Shown in pieces: positions 36,282-47,935 of a stretch of DNA of 57,848 nt. The notes beneath the pieces are model-generated. The model was not told where the DNA came from, searched no databases, and was given only the letters and a program-made list of their open reading frames with translations. Within the stretch, counting starts at the first letter, position 1, and each line of letters starts with the position of its first letter. The translations under genes were made by a program, and so were the position numbers. Origin of the DNA: Anaerolineae bacterium. GTDB lineage: Bacteria; Chloroflexota; Anaerolineae; B4-G1; SLSP01. The stretch spans positions 935-58,782 of the forward strand of contig JBNGDO010000006.1 in assembly GCA_049975385.1 (NCBI GenBank), given 5' to 3'.

Positions 36282-37013
36282 TTATGATGGTTTCGGCAGC
36301 AATGGGCGCTTGTTAGGCATACCGGGACGGCGCGGATATTGCAGCGGCGTCGCAGCTATTTTGTCCAGGATGACGAGGTAGCGCGTTTCAGCCAGGCCAC
36401 GTAGTTCTATGGGTACGAGCCGACGGACGCGTCCCCCCAACTGCTGGATGGCCCATTCGCCGCGCTGGACCTCGGCAGGTGCGCCTTCGCCCTTTTGCGC
36501 CAAGACGCGTCCGCCCACTTTGACCAGTGGCAGCAGATACTCCGCCAGGATGGGCATATCAGCGACCGCGCGGGCGATGGCCCAGTCATATTGCTCGCGA
36601 TGCGTCGTCTGTTGCCCCAGTTCTTCCGCGCGCCCATGTTTGATAGTCACGTCGTGCATCTTGAGGTGCGCGGTCACGTGTTCCAGGAATCCCACCTTTT
36701 TGCCGGTCGCTTCGAGCAGTGTGAGCTTCATCCCTGGGCAGAGTAGTTTGAGTGGCAAGCCAGGGAAGCCCGCGCCGGTGCCTACGTCGATCACCTGTTT
36801 ACCGCTGAAGCGCTCGCCGCTTTCTAGCGCCTGGAAGCAAGAGAGCGAGTCGAGGAAGTGGCGCACTTGAATACCCACGTCGTCGGTGATGGCAGTGAGA
36901 TTGAACTCCTGGTTCCATTCTACCAACGCCTGTTGGTATGTGCCTAAGGCCTCCAATTGCTCCGGGCTTAGGCGAATCTGTAAATCGCACGCACCATCGA
37001 TTAACTGCTCCAC
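36282..37013 (-). CDS. rsmG: 16S rRNA m7G527 methyltransferase
   Basis: WNQEFNLTAI, HFLDSL, DVGTGAGFPG, RAEE, ARAVA, YPRRPG; GTG start inferred. Confidence 0.95.
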   Translation of the reverse strand: MEQLIDGACDLQIRLSPEQLEALGTYQQALVEWNQEFNLTAITDDVGIQVRHFLDSLSCFQALESGERFSGKQVIDVGTGAGFPGLPLKLLCPGMKLTLLEATGKKVGFLEHVTAHLKMHDVTIKHGRAEELGQQTTHREQYDWAIARAVADMPILAEYLLPLVKVGGRVLAQKGEGAPAEVQRGEWAIQQLGGRVRRLVPIELRGLAETRYLVILDKIAATPLQYPRRPGMPNKRPLLPKPS

Positions 37014-37416
37014 ATCCAACCTTTCTGGCAGGGAATTTCCCTCATTATACTCGATTGTAGCGCGGATTCCAAAACACACCTGGGCAGTTTTGGCCTTTGA
37101 AAAATTGGCGTGTTGAACCCGAAGCGGGCCAAAACTGCCACACAACCGCACTTATTAGGCGTTGATCTGACGATTTTCCCCAGAGTGCAACGCACTCCAA
37201 AAAAGTTGTTGCCCCATCCCTGCGCTTTGTGCGGGGAGGAGGCTGAGGGAACTTGGAATGCTATAGCCCGGAGTTCGACATTTGCTCCCTGCCTTGATGG
37301 GACTATACTGCAGAACAGATGGGATTGAGACATCGAGATCGTGATGTGGAAATCGTGGCAAAAAGGTTCTGACGACAAGCCTGAAGCCTATCTGACTATG
37401 CTTGCAGGAGGTTATG

Positions 37417-38460
37417 ATGATACTTCCCGATATTCCGATGGACGCAATTTTGGAATTTTTGATTGGATTATTGAACACCCCCAGTCCAACGGGCGATACC
37501 GAGCAGGCCATGGTCTACGCCGAACAGGCCGTAGGTCACCTGCCGTTGAGTGTCAGCCGTACGATAAAAGGCGGCTTGGTGCTGACGTGGGCTGGTGATA
37601 TCACACACCCTCGCGCTCTGACCGCGCACGTCGATACGTTGGGCGCGATGGTCAGAAAGGTCAAGAGCAACGGGCGGCTGGAATTGACGCAGCTTGGTAG
37701 TTACGATTGGCATTCCATCGAGGGTGAAGGCTGTACGGTAGTGACGGCGTCGGGGCAGCGCTATCGCGGGAGTATTCTGCCGATCAAGGTCTCCGTTCAC
37801 GTCCACGGGGCCGAGGTGCGCACGTTGGAACGCAAGCAGGAAAACTATGAGGTACGCCTGGACGCCGTCACCGACAGCCAGGAATCGACCGAGCAACTGG
37901 GTATCAACGTGGGGGACTTTATCTACCTTGATCCGCGTGTGGAGATGACCAACGATTTTATCCGCTCGCGTCACCTGGACGATAAGGCAGGCGTGGCCTG
38001 CATCTACGGGGCATTGCTTGCGTTGCACCAGGCGGGCCTTTCGCCACACTATAGTGTGAACGTACTGATCTCGAATTACGAGGAGGTCGGTCATGGTGGT
38101 TCTGTAGGCATCCCAGACGATGTTCAGGAGTTGGTGACAGTGGATATGGCCGCCGTCGGCGAGGGGCAGAGTTCGGATGAGTTTAGCGTGGGAATTTGCG
38201 CCAAAGATTCGGGCGGGCCTTACGATCTGGGCTTGAGACGGAAGCTGGAGCGTCTGGCGGGCGACTACATTATCCCTTACAAAGTGGATACGTATCCAAG
38301 CTACGGCTCCGATGGCGAAGCGGCCTTGCGCGCTGGCGCCGATCTCAAGGTCGCGCTGATCGGACCGGGCGTGGACGCCTCGCACGCTTACGAGCGCACC
38401 CACTGCGACTCCATCGAGGCCACGACGCGGTTGATTGTGGCCTATCTTCTTTCAGATTAG
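37417..38460 (+). CDS. M42 family metallo-aminopeptidase
   Basis: PSPTG, AHVDTLG, SRHLDDKAG, EEVGHG, VDM, SHAYER metal-ligand motifs. Confidence 0.9.
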   Translation: MILPDIPMDAILEFLIGLLNTPSPTGDTEQAMVYAEQAVGHLPLSVSRTIKGGLVLTWAGDITHPRALTAHVDTLGAMVRKVKSNGRLELTQLGSYDWHSIEGEGCTVVTASGQRYRGSILPIKVSVHVHGAEVRTLERKQENYEVRLDAVTDSQESTEQLGINVGDFIYLDPRVEMTNDFIRSRHLDDKAGVACIYGALLALHQAGLSPHYSVNVLISNYEEVGHGGSVGIPDDVQELVTVDMAAVGEGQSSDEFSVGICAKDSGGPYDLGLRRKLERLAGDYIIPYKVDTYPSYGSDGEAALRAGADLKVALIGPGVDASHAYERTHCDSIEATTRLIVAYLLSD

Positions 38461-38555
38461 TCAGGTGGTCTTTAGTCGATTAGTCTTTAGTCCGGTAGTC
38501 GGACAGTCATTATGACGACGAGACTATTGGACTACCAGACTGATGACTCTCTGAC
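38456..38555. repeat. Palindromic TAGTC/GACTA octamer-type array
   Basis: Several TAGTC units followed by inverted GACTA units. Confidence 0.65.
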
Positions 38556-38570
38556 TTGAGGAGTATGTTT

Positions 38571-39632
38571 ATGCTTAACTGGGAAATCCCGTATTTGACA
38601 CCGGACTTGCCCGGCATTGGGGGCAAGATGCGCGTCGAGATCGATGACTTCATCGTCGAGGAGGTGCCCGCTTACGATCCGTGTGGCGAGGGCGAGCATA
38701 CCTTTTTCGGCGTGGAGAAGCGCGATATATCGACCCTGGCGCTCATCAAGCAGATTGCGCGGGTTTTGGGCGTCTCCGAGCGGGAGATCGGCAGCGCCGG
38801 GTGGAAGGACGCGCGGGCGGTGGCACGGCAGACGCTTTCGGTTCAATGGGTGCCGCCGGAGAAAATTCTGGCGCTAACCCTCGACAAAGCACGGATTCTT
38901 TGGGCGAAAAGGCACACGAACAAACTGCGCAGCGGGCACTTACGCGGCAACCGTTTCACGCTGCGCCTCCGCGATGTGGTGCCGGAAGCCGAGGCTCGCG
39001 CTGCTGCGATCGTCGAACAGTTGCTGGCGCGCGGCGTACCTAACGGCTACGGGCGACAGCGCTTCGGCAATCGCGGGAACAACCACGAAATGGGCCTGTT
39101 GCTGTTGCGCAACGACCGTGCAGCGCTCAGAACGCACGGCATTCACCACCTGTCCTACAAGATGCGCCAGTTCCTCGTCAGCGCGCTGCAGTCGGCGCTC
39201 TTCAATACCGTGCTCGCGGCGCGGATTGAGCGTGGTTTGCTGGACGATGTGCTGCCCGGCGACGTGGCGCGCAAGGAGGACACCGGCGGCATCTTCATCG
39301 TGGAGGATGTCGCCGCTGAGCGCCCGCGCGTGCGGGCGTGGGAGATCAGCGCCACCGGTCCAATCTACGGCTACAAGATGCTTGCTGCGCAGGCGGAAGC
39401 TGGCGCGTTGGAGACCGTTGTTCTCGAAGAATCCGGGATCGCGCTGGCGGATTTCCGTCCGTTCAAAGCCAAGGGTAGCCGTCGCCCGCTGCGGTACTAC
39501 CCCGAAGGGTTGTCGTGGCAGGTGGAAGGCTCCGATGTCCTCACACTCTCGTTTTTCGCGCCCAAAGGTGCGTACGCCACGCTGCTGCTGCGCGAGTTGA
39601 TGAAGACGGAAGTCGTGCTTGAGGAAGACTAG
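38571..39632 (+). CDS. truD: tRNA pseudouridine(13) synthase
   Basis: DFIVEE, GEGEH, AGWKDARAV, KLRSGHLRGNRF, PNGYGRQRFG, KGAYATLLLREL. Confidence 0.95.
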   Translation: MLNWEIPYLTPDLPGIGGKMRVEIDDFIVEEVPAYDPCGEGEHTFFGVEKRDISTLALIKQIARVLGVSEREIGSAGWKDARAVARQTLSVQWVPPEKILALTLDKARILWAKRHTNKLRSGHLRGNRFTLRLRDVVPEAEARAAAIVEQLLARGVPNGYGRQRFGNRGNNHEMGLLLLRNDRAALRTHGIHHLSYKMRQFLVSALQSALFNTVLAARIERGLLDDVLPGDVARKEDTGGIFIVEDVAAERPRVRAWEISATGPIYGYKMLAAQAEAGALETVVLEESGIALADFRPFKAKGSRRPLRYYPEGLSWQVEGSDVLTLSFFAPKGAYATLLLRELMKTEVVLEED

Positions 39633-39721
39633 GGGCGATTTCAAAGCGCATTCTAAGCTTCTGTTAACGGTTTGCTAATTATGCTATGCGATACTGATAT
39701 TATGAGGCATTGGAGGCAAAC

Positions 39722-41545
<1,824 letters not shown>

Positions 41546-41731
41546 TTTGCAAACGGCGCAACTTCGCGGCGGGTGTGGTGTTAGTTTATATACGCATGGC
41601 TTGAGCCAGTGCGTGCAATAACCGTGAACCTACCTCTCAGATACCGGCGGCGGTCAAATCTGGTATACTACTAGCAGGGGGAGAAAGCTCGTTTTTACCG
41701 GCAATCTGCCAGCTATTTGTGAGGAGGGTGT

Positions 41732-42289
41732 ATGGACGAGGGCGAGGAGCGCGATCTGATCACGCGCGCGAAGTCCGACCCGGAAGCGTTCGGGGAGCTT
41801 TACCAGCACTACGTGGGGCGCATTTACAGCTATCATTACCGGCACACCGGCAATGCGATGGAAGCGGAGGACTTGACCTCGCGGACATTCTATCGGGCGC
41901 TGCGCAGCCTCCACAGGTATCGCGAGAAAGGGGCATCGTTCCAGGCGTGGTTGTTTCGGATTGCGCATAATCTAGTGGTCAACTGGTACCGCGACACGAG
42001 TCGCCATCCGAGCGTCGCTATCGATAGTGTGTCGCCGCTCCATTCGCCATCACCGGCGCCACTCGATTACGTCGAAGCACAGGAGACACGTGAGTTGTTA
42101 TTGCAACTGTTGGCGGATTTGCCGGAAGACCGGAAAACGTTGCTGATTTTGAAATATGTGGAACAGATGACCAATATGGAGATTGCAGCCGTGATGGGGA
42201 GATCCGAGGGGGCGATCAAGGCATTGTACCATCGTACCCTTGTCAGTTTGCGTGATATGATCCCGGAGGGATGGTCTGATGAAGTCTAG
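41732..42289 (+). CDS. ECF RNA polymerase sigma factor
   Basis: AFGELY, AEDL, FQAWLFRIAHN, region 4 EIAAVMGRSEGAIK. Confidence 0.92.
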   Translation: MDEGEERDLITRAKSDPEAFGELYQHYVGRIYSYHYRHTGNAMEAEDLTSRTFYRALRSLHRYREKGASFQAWLFRIAHNLVVNWYRDTSRHPSVAIDSVSPLHSPSPAPLDYVEAQETRELLLQLLADLPEDRKTLLILKYVEQMTNMEIAAVMGRSEGAIKALYHRTLVSLRDMIPEGWSDEV

Positions 42290-42614
42290 AGCACACCGCT
42301 ACATCGTCTTACAAGAAAACCTCCCCGCTGAGGAAGAACAGGCGTTGGGGCAGCTTGTTACGCGCGCCATGCCGCCCGTCGCGCCTTCAGATGCCTTTGT
42401 GGAGCAGTTGGGCAGCGATCTGGTTGCCGAGGCACGTCGCCACTACGATGTGGAACAGCATCGGCATCGGGTGACGCGCACGGTGGGATTGGTGGGCGGC
42501 GGCGTACTTTCGATCGTCGGTGGGGTGGCGCTGTGGCTGTTGGTCCAGCGCAAACGTGCGGTGCCGCCTGGTACGTCACCATCTCCGGCGGCAGCGTATC
42601 CAGCGCAGGCCTAG
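42279..42614 (+). CDS. Putative membrane-anchored anti-sigma factor
   Basis: Overlaps sigma gene; PSDAFVEQL motif and one TM helix. Confidence 0.65.
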   Translation: MKSRAHRYIVLQENLPAEEEQALGQLVTRAMPPVAPSDAFVEQLGSDLVAEARRHYDVEQHRHRVTRTVGLVGGGVLSIVGGVALWLLVQRKRAVPPGTSPSPAAAYPAQA

Positions 42615-42789
42615 ATCCTATACACATATGGCAATGATGTCATAGTCGCTCTCCGACTATGCCGTCAGTTTGGTTTCATACGCGCGGATCAGTAAAGACA
42701 ACTGAAGTTATCACCACATTGCGCCAGGTTTGCGGATCGTCGATCCTGATTTCTTCATTGCTAATCCCTCATTTCCCTTCTGGCTTTTG

Positions 42790-42817
42790 TTGCAAAGCAT
42801 TATTTTCGGGGTAGAAT
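42790..42817 (+). promoter_or_regulatory. Sigma70-type promoter for rnc
   Basis: TTGCAA-16 bp-TAGAAT. Confidence 0.55.
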
Positions 42818-42835
42818 AGGCATACACGCGAGGCC

Positions 42836-42908
42836 GTGAACGATTCGCAGTGATGCCGGGAAGGCAGTGGGCCATCTCTCCGGCAGGGCAATTTGCGACC
42901 GAGGTTAC
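42836..42908 (+). promoter_or_regulatory. Long imperfect hairpin in the rnc leader
   Basis: Nested pairings GTGAAC/GTTAC, TCGCAG/TTGCGA, TGCCGG/CCGGCA. Confidence 0.5.
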
Positions 42909-42954
42909 CAGACCGTTGGACGCATAATGACAAGACTATCGGAGGGGGACGACC

Positions 42955-43644
42955 ATCTCAATCGCTGAAGTCCAGAGACGCTTGCAGTACCAGTTTTTGC
43001 ACCCGGAGCTGTTGGAACTTGCCCTGACGCATCCTTCTTTCGCGCACGAGCATCCCGGAGAAGGTGGTGAGGAACACCATAACCAGCGGTTGGAGTTTCT
43101 CGGCGACGCGGTGCTAGATTTTTTGGTCGCGGCCTGGCTGTATCAAAATCACCCCGATCTTCCTGAAGGCCCGTTGACGCGTTTGCGCGCGACGCTCGTT
43201 TGCACGACGACATTGGCTTCCCTGGCGCAGCATCTTGGATTGGGCGAGGCTTTGCGCCTGGGACGCGGTGAAGAGGAGAGTGGTGGGAACACGCGTGCTG
43301 CTAATCTATGCGATGCTTTTGAGGCGCTCGTGGGGGCACTCTATCTGGATGGAGGTCTGGAAATTGCCTGGCAGCGCCTTGAACCGTGGTTTGTGCAGAA
43401 AGCCCAGGCGATTCTCCGCACCGGTGCCGATGTCGACGCCAAGTCGCGCTTTCAGGAGTGGGCGCAGGCCGACCTCGGCGTCACACCCGCGTACCGGATC
43501 GTCGATGAAACTGGTCCCGATCACGCCAAGGTGTTCACTGCCCAGGTGCTGCTGAACGAGCAGGTGGCGGGTGAGGGACGAGGCTCCAGCAAGCGCCTGG
43601 CGGAGCAATCTGCCGCACAAGCGGCGCTGGATGCTATGACTTGA
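42955..43644 (+). CDS. rnc: Ribonuclease III (probable ATC start; ORF track start is TTG 42982)
   Basis: ALTHPS, NQRLEFLGDAVL, DAFEALVGALYLD, dsRBD GPDHAKVF. Confidence 0.95.
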   Translation: MSIAEVQRRLQYQFLHPELLELALTHPSFAHEHPGEGGEEHHNQRLEFLGDAVLDFLVAAWLYQNHPDLPEGPLTRLRATLVCTTTLASLAQHLGLGEALRLGRGEEESGGNTRAANLCDAFEALVGALYLDGGLEIAWQRLEPWFVQKAQAILRTGADVDAKSRFQEWAQADLGVTPAYRIVDETGPDHAKVFTAQVLLNEQVAGEGRGSSKRLAEQSAAQAALDAMT

Positions 43645-43646
43645 TG

Positions 43647-43760
43647 CTGGTAACTGGTAATTGGTAATCAGTAATGAGAAATGAGTAACTGGTAACTGGT
43701 TACTCCTTACTCCTTACTCCTTACTCCTTACTCATTACCGATTACTCGTTACCCGCTAAC
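43647..43760. repeat. Palindromic heptamer array (GGTAACT units, then TTACTCC units)
   Basis: TTACTCC x4 exact plus degenerate units, inverted relative to the left arm. Confidence 0.75.
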
Positions 43761-43783
43761 ACTCACTGAGAGGAATAACAGTT

Positions 43784-46312
43784 ATGATGCGTTTTGACCG
43801 TTTTACCGAGCGTGCCCAAGAGGCCGCGCAACGGGCGGTGGAGCTGATGACCCGCTACGGGCACAGCCAGGTAGATGTGGAACACTTATTGTTAGCGTTG
43901 ATTCAACAGCAGCAGGGGACCGTCCCGGCATTATTGTTAGAGATGGGAGCGAACCCCGGACAGCTCTCTGAAGCCCTGGATACGTTACTGCGGCAGAATA
44001 CCCGCCCTGGCATCTACGGCGCGGGCGGCGGGCAGCAGATCTTCATCACCCCGCGCGTCAAACGTGTGCTCGACCTTAGCCAGGAAGAAGTGACCGCGCT
44101 CAAGGACGAGTATATCTCCACGGAGCACCTTTTCCTGGCGATCACGCTGGAGCGCAATACAGGCGTTGCCCGGCTGCTGGCAGAAAACAACATCACCCAC
44201 GACCGTACGATGGAAGTGGTGCAGAAGATGCGCGGCGGTCAAAAACTCACCAGCCCCCAGGCAGAGGCGCAGTTCCGCGTGTTGGCGCGCTTCAGCCGCG
44301 ACCTCACGCAGATGGCGCGCGAGCGCAAGCTCGATCCGGTGATTGGGCGGGAAGGGGAAATCCAGCGGGTCATCCAGATTCTCGTGCGCCGTACCAAGAA
44401 CAACCCGGTCCTCATCGGCGAGCCCGGTGTGGGCAAGACCGCCATCGTGGAAGGATTGGCGCAGAAGATTGCCAGCGACGACGTGCCCGAAATCCTCAAA
44501 GGTAAGCGTCTGGTGTTGCTTGACCTGGGTGCGCTGGTCGCCGGGACGCGCTTCCGCGGCGAGTTCGAGGAGCGGCTGAAGATGATCCTCGAAGAGGTGC
44601 AGCGGGCTGAAGGCGAGATCGTGCTCTTCATCGATGAACTGCACACCGTCGTTGGCGCGGGGAATGCGCAGGGAGCGTTGGATGCGTCGAACATGATCAA
44701 GCCGGCGCTGGCGCGCGGCGAGTTGCAGTGTATCGGCGCGACGACATTGGATGAGTACCGGCAGTATATCGAAAAGGACGGCGCGTTGGAGCGCCGTTTT
44801 GCGCCGGTCTACGTGGAGGAGCCTTCGGTGGAGGACACCATCGCGATGCTGCGCGGCCTGCGCGACCGCTATGAGGCGCATCACAAAGTGCGCATCTCCG
44901 ATGCAGCAGTGGAGGCGGCGGCGCGATTGGCGCATCGTTACGTCACAGACCGGCACCTGCCCGACAAGGCGATTGACATTATGGACGAGGCCGCGGCGCG
45001 TTTGCGGGTGGCACTCTTCACGTTGCCACCCGATCTCAAGCAGATGGAGGCGGAGATCAACCGTCTGCGCGCTGAAGAAGAGGCGGCGGGCAATATGCGC
45101 GACTACGAGCGCGCGGCCGAGGTGAAAACCCAGCGTTTGCGCCAGGAGGAGGATTTCTCCGCCAAGCGTGAGGAATGGCGGGGCCGCCATCAACTGGATG
45201 AGTTGGTGGAGGCGCAGGACATCGCCGCCGTCGTCTCGGCGTGGACGGGTATCCCGGTGTACCAGGTCTTGGAGAAAGAGGCGGATAAGCTGCTGCGGAT
45301 GGAAGAAGCCATTCAGCAGCGCATTATTGGGCAAGACGAGGCCATCAACGCTATCGCCGACGCTATCCGCCGGGCGCGCGCCGGCTTGAAAGACCCCCGC
45401 CGGCCTATTGGGAGCTTCCTCTTTCTGGGCGCTTCCGGCGTGGGCAAGACGGAGACGGCCAAGGCGCTGGCGGCGTTCCTCTTCGATGACGAAGATGCGC
45501 TGTTGCGCATCGATATGAGCGAATACCGAGAGGCACACACGATTTCGCGGCTGTTCGGCGCGCCGCCGGGTTACGTGGGCTACGATCAGGGCGGGCAGTT
45601 GACCGAGGCCGTGCGGCGGCGTCCCTACCAGGTGGTGCTCTTCGATGAGATTGAGAAGGCGCATCCAGACGTGTGGAACGCGTTGTTGCAAATCCTCGAC
45701 GAGGGGCGTCTCACCGATGGCCAAGGGCGCAGCGTCGATTTCCGCAATACCGTGGTCATTATGACGTCCAACATCGGTACCGCCTACGGGAAACGCGGCG
45801 GGGCGTTGGGCTTCGCGCGCGGGGCTGACGACCAGGATGAAGAGGTGCGCCGCCGGACGCTTGCGGCGCTCAAGGAAACCTTCCGCCCGGAATTTATCAA
45901 CCGGGTGGATGAGATTATCATTTTTGCGAATCTCACGTTGGAGGCTGTGGCGCGCATCGTCGATTTGCAGATGCAGGAGGTGCAGACGCGCCTCAGCGAA
46001 TACGACCTGCACGTCACGCTGACGGATGCGGCGAAGCGGTGGTTGGCCGAGCAGGGTTACGATCCGCAATTTGGCGCGCGTCCGCTGCGCCGTGTGATCC
46101 AGCGGCACGTGGAGAGCCCGCTGAGCGTACAAATCTTGCGAGGTAATTTCGGCCCGGGCACGCGCATCTGCGTGGATGTGGGAGATAGTAGCGGTGCCGA
46201 TGAGGCGGGAGGGGCGCTCGAATTTTGCACTGTTGAACCAGAGGAAGATGTCGAGAGCGTCGTTCTTGTTGAGGCGCAGATTTCTGAAACTCCAGTTGAG
46301 GGGACAGCATAA
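43784..46312 (+). CDS. clpC: ClpC-type AAA+ ATP-binding subunit
   Basis: Clp-N repeats; GEPGVGKT and GASGVGKT Walker A motifs; short UVR-like middle domain; GAPPGYVGY; FRPEFINR; GARPLRR. Confidence 0.88.
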   Translation: MMRFDRFTERAQEAAQRAVELMTRYGHSQVDVEHLLLALIQQQQGTVPALLLEMGANPGQLSEALDTLLRQNTRPGIYGAGGGQQIFITPRVKRVLDLSQEEVTALKDEYISTEHLFLAITLERNTGVARLLAENNITHDRTMEVVQKMRGGQKLTSPQAEAQFRVLARFSRDLTQMARERKLDPVIGREGEIQRVIQILVRRTKNNPVLIGEPGVGKTAIVEGLAQKIASDDVPEILKGKRLVLLDLGALVAGTRFRGEFEERLKMILEEVQRAEGEIVLFIDELHTVVGAGNAQGALDASNMIKPALARGELQCIGATTLDEYRQYIEKDGALERRFAPVYVEEPSVEDTIAMLRGLRDRYEAHHKVRISDAAVEAAARLAHRYVTDRHLPDKAIDIMDEAAARLRVALFTLPPDLKQMEAEINRLRAEEEAAGNMRDYERAAEVKTQRLRQEEDFSAKREEWRGRHQLDELVEAQDIAAVVSAWTGIPVYQVLEKEADKLLRMEEAIQQRIIGQDEAINAIADAIRRARAGLKDPRRPIGSFLFLGASGVGKTETAKALAAFLFDDEDALLRIDMSEYREAHTISRLFGAPPGYVGYDQGGQLTEAVRRRPYQVVLFDEIEKAHPDVWNALLQILDEGRLTDGQGRSVDFRNTVVIMTSNIGTAYGKRGGALGFARGADDQDEEVRRRTLAALKETFRPEFINRVDEIIIFANLTLEAVARIVDLQMQEVQTRLSEYDLHVTLTDAAKRWLAEQGYDPQFGARPLRRVIQRHVESPLSVQILRGNFGPGTRICVDVGDSSGADEAGGALEFCTVEPEEDVESVVLVEAQISETPVEGTA

Positions 46313-46698
46313 CCATTCTGCTCCATCGTCACTGGTTCGCAGTCGGGTAGAAGCCGATGGGTCCGGGGGATCGGGATCACAATGTGATATTTTGCATCTG
46401 CAACAAGGTCCTTTTCCCCCTGGTTTTGTTGTCAATCTTGTAATATGGTGTATATCATGGAATAGATGCTTTTATTGATCCGGTCACAAAAACCTAAAGC
46501 TCTTCAGTATCTAACAGGGGTATAAGCGTTTAGCAAGTTACGACTGGATCAGTAGGTGTCTGCTGACTCTGAATACACTCTACATAATCCCGGGTAGACC
46601 GCGAAGGAGGTGGTGCAGTCGCAGGAGATACATAGAGAGCGTATGCATGCTTTTTGATTTTCAAATCTTCGTAACCAATCTATTACAGGAGGAGTCCT

Positions 46699-47751
46699 AT
46701 GTTGAAGAAATTGTGGGTTTTGCTGAGCCTGGTGCTGGTCGCCAGCATGCTGTTGGTGGGCTGCGGTGGTGGCGGTACGGGTGATAAGCTCAAGGTCGGT
46801 ATGATCACCGATGCTGGCGGTATTGACGATAAGTCCTTTAATGCCACTTCGTGGGAGGGCGTCGAGGACGCGATCAAGGAATTGGGTGTGGATGGTAGCT
46901 ACTTGGAATCCAAGCAGCAGACCGACTATGCCACGAACCTCGCCCAGTATGTCAATCAAGAAGCCGATCTAATCATCACCGTGGGTTTCTTGCTGGCAGA
47001 TGATACCGCGGATTTTGCTTCCCGTTATCCCGATACTAATTTTGCTATCGTGGACTTCCCTTCGCTGGGTGACAACGTGCGTGGTTTGACTTTCAGCACC
47101 GACGAAGCAGCCTTCCTGGCTGGCTATGCGGCGGCTGCGGCAACCCAGACCGGTAAGGTCGCCACTTTCGGCGGCATCAACATCCCCACCGTCGCTATCT
47201 TCATGGTGGGCTTTGAGTACGGTGTGGACTACTACAACCAGCAGCATGGCACCAGCGTTGAGGTTCTGGGCTGGGACACTGCCGCGAACGATGGTGTTTT
47301 TGTCGGTAACTTCGATTCCACCGATGACGGGCGCCGTGTCGCGGAGACCTTCATGAACGAAGGCGCTGATATCGTCATGCCGGTGGCCGGTCCTGTGGGT
47401 CTGGGTTCAGCACAGGCAGTCAAGGAACGCGGTAATGCTTGGATCATCGGCGTGGATACCGACTGGACGGTGAGCGCAGCAGAGTACAAGGACATTGTCC
47501 TGACCAGCGTGCTCAAGAACATGGATGTCGCCGTCTTCGATACCATCAAGACCGTGCAAGCCGATGATTTTGCGGGCTTCGCTGGTGAGACCTACGTCGG
47601 TACGTTGGAGAATGATGGTGTAGGCATTGCTGATGTTGCCTCTGGCACGATATCTGCTGACGTTGCAGCCGAACTGGATGATATCAAGGCCGACATCATC
47701 GCTGGTAATATCAAGACCGGTTGGGCGGAGTATTCCGCGGGCTTGGAGTAA
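46699..47751 (+). CDS. BMP family ABC substrate-binding lipoprotein (nucleoside-type)
   Basis: Lipobox LVGC; GGIDDKSFN, AAFLAG, GADIV, IGVDTD, TSVLKNMD. Confidence 0.92.
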   Translation: MLKKLWVLLSLVLVASMLLVGCGGGGTGDKLKVGMITDAGGIDDKSFNATSWEGVEDAIKELGVDGSYLESKQQTDYATNLAQYVNQEADLIITVGFLLADDTADFASRYPDTNFAIVDFPSLGDNVRGLTFSTDEAAFLAGYAAAAATQTGKVATFGGINIPTVAIFMVGFEYGVDYYNQQHGTSVEVLGWDTAANDGVFVGNFDSTDDGRRVAETFMNEGADIVMPVAGPVGLGSAQAVKERGNAWIIGVDTDWTVSAAEYKDIVLTSVLKNMDVAVFDTIKTVQADDFAGFAGETYVGTLENDGVGIADVASGTISADVAAELDDIKADIIAGNIKTGWAEYSAGLE

Positions 47752-47760
47752 GTTGTATGG

Positions 47761-47793
47761 AAAGGCGCGGTCGTAGTTGACCGCGCCTTTTTT
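47761..47793 (+). terminator. Stem-loop/terminator after BMP gene
   Basis: AAAGGCGCGGTC / GACCGCGCCTTT plus T tract. Confidence 0.75.
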
Positions 47794-47935
47794 CTGATTT
47801 GACTGCTTTTTGGCTGCTGAGCGACAACTTTGCAGCCAAAAAACATTTCTGTGGTAGCGATTTCCAGGGCCGAGACACGGAAGTTTTCCTCTAAAAACAC
47901 TGTGCTCTCGGTGGCTATTTTTGAAGGAGGAAGCT

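Noticed and set aside
42820-42950. Possible SRP or 6S RNA upstream of rnc
   Set aside because: Lacks the SRP domain IV CAGG...GGAA...AGCAG pattern and I cannot see a 6S-like closed rod with central bubble; treated as a leader hairpin.
43985-46435. 816-aa ORF antisense to clpC
   Set aside because: Typical antisense open frame of a conserved chaperone gene; no independent support.
46320-46600. Purine riboswitch upstream of the nucleoside ABC operon
   Set aside because: Could not find the conserved purine-aptamer loop and junction sequences in the correct arrangement.
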